44,195 nt of DNA from Malacoraja senta (taxonomy: Eukaryota), in NCBI GenBank assembly GCA_038087875.1, contig JAXLNO010000341.1, positions 186,001-230,195 on the forward strand, written 5' to 3'. Of the stretch, positions 35,791 through 44,195 are shown piece after piece (position 1 is the first letter of the stretch; every line of letters begins with the position of its first letter). Both the position numbers and the translations under genes were made by a program. A model generated the notes under the pieces. That model did no database searches. It had not been told where the DNA came from and saw only the letters and a list, made by a program, of their open reading frames with translations.

Positions 35791-37130
35791 GTCAATTATT
35801 CCGCCCTAGCAGCCGCTCAGTTGGTCGACGAGGAGATGTCCGCTTATCGTACGGCAGTTTCGGGCCTGCAGTTGGAGGACGTTGTCTGTGGTCCTGGGGG
35901 TGCAACGCTGCTGTGCGATGTCTCCTCTGGTGTTCCGCGACCCATTGTCCCCATCGCCTGGCGGCGCAGGGTGTTTGAGGTGCTCCATGGGCTTGCGCAT
36001 CCCTCCATCCGGGCGACAACGGCCCTGGTGGCCTCCCGTTTCATGTGGCACAGACTGCGGAAGGAGGTGGGACACTGGGCGCGCACCTGCATCTCGTGCC
36101 AGACCGCCGAGGTGCAACGACACGTGCGCGCGCCGTTGCAGGAGTTCCCCATTCCAAGGCAGCGTTTCGACCACATTCACGTGGACATCGTGGGGCCGCT
36201 GCCGTCGTCCTAGGGCATGACCTACCTATTCACCGTTGTGGACCGCTTCACGCGGTGGCCTGAAGCCATCCCGCTACCGAATTCTGCAACGACTACTTGC
36301 GCTCGAGCCTTGGTGGCGCAATGGATCGCCAGGTTCGGAGTGCCACTGGACATAACTTCCGACCGGGGGCCTCAGTTCACGTCGGAGCTGTGGGCGGCCA
36401 TGGCACGTCTCCTGGGTGTTCGTCTGCACCACACGACGGCGTACCACCCGCAGGCGAACGGCTTGGTGGAGCGGTTTCACCGTCAACTTAAGGACGCCCT
36501 GAAGGCACGGCTCAAGGATCCGGACTGGGTGGACGCTCTGCCGTGGGTTTTGCTGGGGATCCGCACCGCACCCAAAGAGGACTTGGCCTCCTCCTCCTCC
36601 GCCGAGTTGGTATATGGGTCTCCGTTGACGGTGCCCAGGGAATTCATCCTGTCGGCACATGGTCAGGCGGAGCAGCCTTCGGACGCTCTACAACGTCTTC
36701 GGCACACGGTGGGCAAGTTGGCGCCGGTGCCAACGTCTCGTCATGGGTCTTTCCGTCCCCATGTTCCGCCTGCCCTGGTGGACTGCCAGTTCATTTTTCT
36801 GCGCAGGGATGCGCATCGGACACCTCTCCAGCGGCCGTACGAGGGTCCCTTTCGGGTACTGGAACATGGCTCATCCTCTTTCGTCCTGGACATGGGGGGT
36901 CGGCATGAGACTGTTTCAGTTGCGCGGTTGAAGCCAGCACATATTGATATCGATCAGCCGGTGTTGGTAGCGCGGCCTCGTAAGCGAGGGCGGCCTCTGT
37001 CTAGGGTACCTCCTCTGGTTACTCGGTCCCATGCACCTGTTGGTCAGTTGCCTGTTCCGGGGCAGGGCATGGTGTGTACCCGCGCTGGCCGCCGTGTACG
37101 GCCTCCTGTCCGTTTCGTGTCTCGGGTACT
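35791..37130 (+). pseudogene. Gypsy integrase with a single in-frame TAG at 36211-36213
   Basis: HGLAH...CISC zinc finger; HVDIVGP, TSDRG, LVERFH (D,D,E); YEGPF motif; both ORFs are in the same frame. Confidence 0.93.
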
Positions 37131-37559
37131 TGGGGGGGGGGTCATGTGGCGGTCCCTGGGGGGTAAGCCACTCCTTGGATCATCCCCCTCGCCGAGTGAA
37201 GGACAGGGGACTGGTCTGCCACGGGGTTTCCAGTCGACCCTGGATTTAGTGCTCTCGAGGTGTGTGTGTGGGGTGCTCTCGTTGTAAGCATTAAAGTCTG
37301 CTAATTGAACCCGTCTGGCGTCTGGCCTTTTACTGACCTCGTTCAGGCCGCTACAATAGGCACAAAATGCTGGAGTAACTCAGGAATGGGTGAAGTTTCG
37401 GGTCGAGACCCTTCTTCAGACTTCAGGTCAGTCCGAAGAAGGGTCTCAACCAGAAACATCACCCATTCCTTCTCTCCAAAGATGCTGCCTGTCCCGCTGA
37501 GTTACTCCAGCATTTTGTGTCTAAAGTCCAATCAAAGACAGTCCGAAGGTCCTGTATTA

Positions 37560-38430
37560 TGACTCGTCATTTGTTTTTACCCATTGTTTAAATTTGCACA
37601 ACTGTGGTATCATCGGTGAATCTAAAGGTTTAATTGGGGGTGTGTCTGGCTACATAGTCATGGGTCTGGAGAGAGTAGGGCAGGTGACCGAGCACACGGC
37701 CCTGAACTTCCCCAGTGCTGATGGTCAGCAAGGAAGAGGAGTTATTGTGAATTAGTACTGACAGAGTTCTGCCGATCAGTACGTCGAGGATCTGGTTGCT
37801 GAGGGAGGAGCATAGACTCAGTTCCATGAGTTTGATGACGAGTTTGGAAAGGATGAAGGTGTTGAACGAAAAAAGCTGTAGTTGATAAACAACAGCCTGA
37901 CCAGCATGTCGCTGTTGTTCGAATGGTGGAACAGACTGAAGAGCCAACAAGATCACACCTACTGCCGATCTTTTACAGCAGGAGGCAAATTGTTCTGGGT
38001 CCAGGTCATTACTGAGAAAGGAGTTTAGTTTAGTTTAGTTTAGAGACAGCATGGAAACAGGCCCTTCGGCCCACTGAGCCCGCACCAGCCAGCAAACCCC
38101 ACATATTAACACTATCCTACACACACCAAGCCAATTAACCCACAAATCTGTATGTGTTTGGAGTGTGGGAGGAAACCGAAGATCTCGGAGAAAACCCATG
38201 CGGCCACGGGGAGAACATACAAACTCCGTACAGAGAGTAGCCGTAGTCGGGATCGATCCCGGGTCTCCGGCGCTGCAAGCACTGTAAGGCAGCAACTCTA
38301 CCGCTGCACCTCCGTGGTCGCCCCCCCCACCCCCACGATTTGTGTCATAACCAAACTATGGAAACACTTCATAAGAATGGACGTGAGCGCCACCAGTCGG
38401 TAGTCGATGAGGCATGTCACCTTTTTGCCT
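37560..38430 (-). mobile_element. Decayed Rex-type RT, split by a V-SINE
   Basis: FNTFILSKLVIKLMEL...ISTGEVQGRVLGHLPYSLQTHD. Confidence 0.75.
38022..38320 (-). mobile_element. V-SINE (HE1-like)
   Basis: head, V-domain and (ctaaa)n tail. Confidence 0.9.
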
Positions 38431-39859
38431 GGGACTTAAACCTATTGCAGGTATCATTTTTCCCCGTTCTGATGACAATAAGTACCCTAAAATTATAACT
38501 ATTTCTTATTTCCATATGCTAATTGATCGATTGGATATTTTCAGAATTCAGAATTTTTACTTCACATGTCAGTAATATTTTGCCTTTGATTTCACTGAAC
38601 TTTCCCGTTGCAATCCTTTGTTTTAACACGGTGCTGTCCAAAATGGAATTGGGCCATTATTTCTGAGTTCACTGATTTATTTGGAGTTCATTCTTAAGTT
38701 TAAGGCAGAAAATCAGCTGCCTTGAAGGACATACAGTAATTTACGATTGCTGCATTGATATCAGCTGTCTGACAAATATTTTAATTTGTAATTTTTAATA
38801 TCTGTGTTTCAGTTCTACTGCAATTTTGAAAGAAGTGAACAATGACATTTTCTTAACTGATCCTTTCAAAATCTCAACTTGAAAGTCCACTAAAAGATAA
38901 AACGGAATTAACATCCCACAATTGTTAAAATATTTACACAAAGTTATCTATTTAGTGATCGAGTATCAGGCTGCGCAATATCACAGAGTGGGATGTGACC
39001 ACCATATGCGGAATTACCTTTAGGATACATTTTCGTCCTTCGATTTTATCTAAATCTAGTCCATCAGACAGAATGCATTGAAAGCTTGGTGCCAAGAAGA
39101 CCGGACCTGACCTCAAGGATCACAACAAAGCCTTTGAGTGGGCACTTAATAGCCTTTTACTACATCAGTTGTGAAGACTGAGGAGAAAAAAAAAGAAAAC
39201 TCTCACTTAGGGCCAACTGCTACTGTTAGAGTGATCAGTAATGATGTGCGTTCCTGCAGCAAGCCAAGCCATGCGATGGTTTATTCTCTTTCAATGGATT
39301 AACCTTTATCCCTTATTTTAAGTCTGAACAGCTGAAGTAAAGCCACAATGAAGCCACACTTACAGGAAAGAGCCTTGTAATTTACTATTCTGCAGACCAT
39401 AAAGATAAACCAAATTTCGATTAATGTCTGTAATGCCGAGGAGGCAAAAACGTCCTGTGAACAGACCTCTCGATATCTCACAGAAACACTCTCCCAAATA
39501 TTCATATCAGCTCAGCCCTCTTTCCCCTCCCGCAATAAAGATTGTTGCTTGCTATATTTTGTGCAGAGCACATAATATTCACTCGTTTTCATCACAAACC
39601 ATCTTTCCCTTCTCTGCATTAGTTCCTGTGGTGATGCTGCAATTTTGTGGGAACTTCTTTTATGATGGCATTTTAGAATAAGATCTTCAAATAATTCTGC
39701 AGAGGAAACCTTATCCATTATGGGATATGTCAGCCTGGACTCGATGAGAATAGTGGAGCAACAGGTTAATGCTCAGGTGGAGTTGCTGAAGTTTATGGGT
39801 GAATTCATGAAGTTTCATAAGAAGTAATCAAACTGATAAAAATTGATGTATTAATAACT

Positions 39860-40177
39860 GGGGTGGAACAGAGGAACAATGGTAGAGTTGCAGCCTTACA
39901 GGGCTGGAGACATGGGTTCAATCCTGACTACGGGTGGTGTCTGCATAGAGATTGTAAGTTCACCCCGTGACTTCATGGGTTTTCTCCGGGTGCTCCGGCT
40001 TCCCTGCCACACTCCAAAGAAGTGCAGGTTTGAAGGTTAATTGGCTTCTGTAATTGTCCCTCGTGTGTGGAATAGAACTATGGGTGTTTGGGTGATCATT
40101 GGTCGGCGTAGACGCGGTGGGCTGCAGGGCCTGTTTCCACGTTGTATCTTTGAACTAAACTAAACTAAACTAAACTA
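39860..40177 (+). mobile_element. V-SINE (HE1-like)
   Basis: B box ggttcaatcc, V-domain, (ctaaa)n tail. Confidence 0.88.
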
Positions 40178-41069
40178 GACAAAAAGCTAATTGAGTCTGA
40201 TCATTTTCAATATCTAACCACATAACTTTTCTCATTTCTACCTTTGCTATATTTCTCATAACTACAGTCAGGTTTAAAGGGGAGCTTTCTACATCCTAGG
40301 GTGCACTTGTACAGATTTTGGTCGGAAAACGTGAGCAATGGATTTTCTCCTGCAACATGTCTACTAATGACCATTTTACAGTAGCACAGGTTTATGATCA
40401 GGTTGTAGAAACAGGGAACTGCAGATGCTGGTTTACACAAAAAGACACTGAAGGTCTGAAGAAGAGTCCTGAACTATAACGTCATCTATCCATGTTCTCC
40501 AGGTTTTGCTGCTTGACCTGCTGAGTTCCTCCAGCACTTTGTGGCTTTTTATATTGCCAGGTTACTTCCCCGTTTAGCTTCATTAGATGCATTAACTGGG
40601 ATGACTGGGGGTTGTGGTTGGTGGGAAAGTTTAAGAAAGGAATAGGAACTTGCATGCTTTTAGACAATTAAGATGATGTACCGCTGAAGCAAACTTTTTA
40701 CAAACTCTTCAATTTGATAAATGTGGAGGGAACATCCAGTTGCTTTGCATCAGTGATATAGACATTAGTTCTGTGCTGTTTTTGTTGCAGACAAAATAAC
40801 CCTGGCTGGTAATATTTTCTCACTTGAATTGAAAAGAAAAGTATCTTTTGTGGGCTTCGATTTTAAGCTTCCTAATGGAATCGTCAAATTGAACAGAAGT
40901 TAATGACAGATTGGCACACATATTATAATAGGTACCAATAAATAATTATTGTTTATAAATTTGCTTTTTATTTGTGCAAAGAGTACATTTTAAGGAAATT
41001 CTCATGTAAAGGATATGCAGATATTACTAATTCTATCAGACAGGATCCCCAATGAGTATTTTTACTTGT

Positions 41070-41253
41070 GTAGGAAAGAACTGCAGATGTTGGTTTAAAT
41101 TGAAGATAGACACAAAATGCTGGAGTAACTCAGTGCGGACAGGCAGCATCTCTGGAGAGAAGGAATGGGTGACGGTCGAAACGTCACCCATTCCTTCTCT
41201 CCAGAGATGTTGCTTGTCCCGCTGAGTTACTCCAGCATTCCGTGTCTATCTTC
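41070..41253. mobile_element. Penelope-derived palindromic element with 16-bp TSD
   Basis: gagtatttttacttgt at 41054-41069 and 41254-41269. Confidence 0.9.
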
Positions 41254-41481
41254 GAGTATTTTTACTTGTTGTGAACTGGTAGTGCGTTATCTGACATGTT
41301 CAACTTATGCCTGACCCCTGCAAAAAGAATACAATTTCTGATAGTTTTTGTGCAAGCGAAAACTAACCAGTCCAGAAAAAGGTCAGTCATGCCAAATACA
41401 GGCATACTTTACAATAATTACATTGCTATTGTATCATCAGGGTGATAAATGGCAGACTAAAAAAATGTGGTCTTTTTCATT

Positions 41482-43378
41482 TAGGCTGTGGGCCGAGCAT
41501 CAAAAATGTGTCTAGAATCCAGTTTTCGTGACCCAAGTCACCAAACTACATGACATTTTCCACAGATTTAGATGAAATATAAGTGAGTAGGATGTCATAA
41601 CTCGTCATTGCCAAAAGCTGCACATTAATTAATTAAACTAATTAGAAAATAAGATCGGGGAAGTAAGCGCCATCTATTGGCCAATGACCATATTACACCA
41701 TGGGCAGCCTATTTCCGTGTTGCAGTCCATTTAAACTATATATGATTATACCTATATATATATATATAGTTCATGTACTTCATGAATGAATGAGTGAATG
41801 AACGAGTGAGTGAGTGAGTTGTTGTTGTTGTATTCAATTTATTGTCATTATCTCATTTTAGAGACAACAAAATGGATTTTCCTTCCAGTCAAGTAACATA
41901 GAAATAAATAATAAATAAATAAATAAAGATTTTTTAAAGCATAAACACAGAAGTCCATACACAACATAATCCCACAGCGGCACCAAAGTTAACGAAGGTA
42001 CCATACTCCAGCCAGCCTCCCTGCCGATCTTCCCAGATGTTGGTCTATATTTAAGAGGGAGTTAGATGTGGCCCTTGTGGTTAAAGGGATCAGGGGGTAT
42101 GGAGAGAAGGCAGGTACAGGATACTAAGTTGGATGATCAGCCATGATCATATTGAATGGCGGTACAGGCTCGAAGGGCCGAATGGCCTACTCCTGCACCC
42201 AGTTTCTATGTTTCTATGTTCACCCGTGGTCGGGGCCTCCCGAGCACCCGCAGTCGCCGCCATGGGCGGCCCGATGATCAGGCCCTCTCGCCGGGAACGG
42301 TGGAATCCCGACGCCGAACCCCGACGGAGAACATCCTCAGCGGCCCGGACCTCCAGATCATCCGGACTCCGCGATGTTGGTCAGCGCCGCCCGCGTTGGG
42401 AGCTCTGCGAACCACAGGTCCGCGCTGTCGGTGCAGCAGGCCCAGCACCCCGGAGCTCCAAACTGCGATCCCCGGTAAGGCATCGCCCGCCCCGCGATGT
42501 TTCCAACGTTGCTCCGCTGCTGCCGGAGCGGGGGGCGGGGGCGAGGACGTGACTCGAATAATAGTCGCATCCTCTCAAGGAAGCGACTGAAGGACGGTAT
42601 CCCCCTTATCGTACCTTCTTTCCCCACATAAAAACATTTAAAACCCCCCACAAAAAACGCTCTTCAAACATACCAAAAAAACAAAAAGATACCGGACTGA
42701 AGGCGGAGGCAGCTAGCAACAGGTGAATGTATGAATGAGTGTATGAATAAGTGAATGAATGAGTGATGAATGAGTGAATGAATGAGTGAATGTACAGCCT
42801 CCAAATCTCATTTTTTCACATTATAAAGGTGCAATTAATTAATTAAAGTGCATACAGATTAATTTTCATAAATTCAGACTTTAGATCTTACCTTTTCAGT
42901 TCCAATTGATTCACAAAGTTTGACAGCAGCACCTCAGGCAGGGACATTGCTTTCAAGACTTTCTTCCGCTTAGCTGCACATTCTTCAGACTTCTTCATGC
43001 TTTTCTCACTAAATACAATTACCCTGCTGCAAGTTTCCACGACATGTATTCCACAGAACTAGAAAAAATCTTCATCGGAATCTCCAGTAAAACAGGCATC
43101 TGTGAAGCCCTCTCAGTGCTCCCTGCCTAGCTAGCCTGAAACAAAGCACGTGATTGGCCAACTGGCATACAACTCAATGTTAAACGTGCTTTGATTGGAC
43201 TAAAAATACCCGAAAAGTTTCCGGTTTTTCTCTAATTTAATGAAAATGTGCAAGTCTTGTTCATGACGAGTTTCAGGGGTGATTTATATGATTTTTTTAC
43301 ACAATATGTGAAAATTTCATGTAGTTTGGTGACTTGGGTCACGAAACACTGGAATAAAGCTCCTCGGCCCACAGCCTA
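41482..43378 (-). mobile_element. Non-autonomous Academ-like DNA transposon
   Basis: TAG...CTA termini; TIR taggctgtgggccgag plus subterminal IR ttcgtgacccaagtcaccaaactacatga; 3-bp TSD ATT. Confidence 0.75.
41820..42722 (-). mobile_element. Non-autonomous GC-rich retroelement nested in a (GAAT/GAGT)n tract, itself containing a plus-strand CR1 tail (about 42047-42220)
   Basis: minus-strand tail gacaataaattgaatacaacaacaac; head motifs shared with the 22070 element; CR1 tail like 19988-20170. Confidence 0.7.
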
Positions 43379-43508
43379 ATTCTGGTTCTTTTATTCTTTT
43401 GGCTGGGGACTGATACTGGACAGAGTATACATATAATATCCTTTATAAAATGTAGGCAAAGTTAAGAAACTATTTGATGGTAAAAGTTGTGCTCCCTTTT
43501 AGGTAGTA

Positions 43509-44195
43509 CTAGACCAAGTGGGACCAGTTGTATCCCAGCATCACACGGGAGGGCTGGTCCCCCAACGCAATATTCAACCTCTCCACCAATTCCAATATTG
43601 GTGGCCAGTGGGGGGGGGGGGCTTTCTGGAGCGCTAGTATGGGTGTTGTGGGCTGAAGGGACTGGTTTCCAGAGGGCTGGTATGGACATTGTGGGCCGAA
43701 TGCATTCTTGGGCTGGCGGCTCAGTCATTCAAGCCTGTTGTGCTGGTGCTGGCAGCTCACTCACTCACGGCTGGTGGGTTGGCAGTTGACTCATGACTAT
43801 TCCTTGAAATTCCATTTCAAGCAGGGTGCAAGGCCACCAAATTCAAGTGCAGTTTCATACCATTTCAAGCAGGGTGGAAGGCCACTAAAGACAACAAGTC
43901 GTGACCTCTCCCTCCTCCATCTTGCAGAGACCGAGCCACGCCCACACTTCTAGGTTTTATAGTCCCTCCCTCCCTCCCACCAGAAGGGGCATGGCCTTCA
44001 TGGCATGATTGACAGGAGAGAAAATCTCAACATTTTTTTAAACACTAATAACTCTTTTATTTATTATCGATGGGAAAAATCCTCGGCACCTGATGAGCGG
44101 AGGGGACTCTGAGTAAGATGGCCAAAAATCACAGCCATGGTAGCGCTTTTTTCTAAAATAAATATAAAGCGCAAACAGGAAGTGGTCAAGATTAG
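43509..44195 (-). mobile_element. Helitron-like non-autonomous element, running off the window
   Basis: minus strand ends ...hairpin-cttggt-CTAG followed by T; body shared with 19078-19590. Confidence 0.5.

Larger units (their letters stand above)
35537..37355 (+). mobile_element. Internally deleted Gypsy element: LTR-PBS-integrase-PPT-LTR, inserted in a Penelope-derived repeat (35457-35490 / 37356-37522)
   Basis: LTRs 35537-35734 and 37145-37355 differ by one visible substitution; G9 PPT at 37133-37141. Confidence 0.95.

Noticed and set aside
36211..36213. In-frame TAG as programmed readthrough
   Set aside because: Lies within the integrase core rather than at a gag-pol boundary; most simply a nonsense mutation
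42892..42998. Peptide MSLPEVLLSNFVNQLELK as the N-terminus of a host gene (faint PEST-type phosphatase resemblance)
   Set aside because: No phosphatase exons found downstream and the segment lies inside a TIR element

Overview
Repeat-dense eukaryotic DNA, apparently intergenic or intronic. The repeat repertoire (HE1-type V-SINEs, CR1/HER1-type tails, abundant Penelope-derived repeats) points to a cartilaginous fish, probably a skate or ray (inference). No host protein-coding gene could be recognised. There is a 200-N assembly gap at 9239-9438. LTR elements: a Gmr1-type Gypsy 3' end, a decayed tRNA-Trp-primed Gypsy, a gag/PR/RT-deleted LTR-integrase-LTR element with a fold-back over its PBS, and a solo LTR with a 5-bp TSD. 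Non-LTR elements: Rex1/Babar, L2, CR1, RTE and L1/Tx1 fragments plus about 8 V-SINEs. DNA elements: Harbinger-type MITEs, a Tc1/mariner-type MITE, an Academ-like element and a Helitron-like element. The most striking pattern is roughly 20 Penelope-derived short elements. Many are palindromic and flanked by 8-16 bp target-site duplications, and they carry a minimal hammerhead-ribozyme core (CTGAAGA-A-GGGTCTCGACCC-GAAACGTC) on one or both strands. Boundaries of old repeats are approximate and family names come from motif recognition by eye, not database searches.
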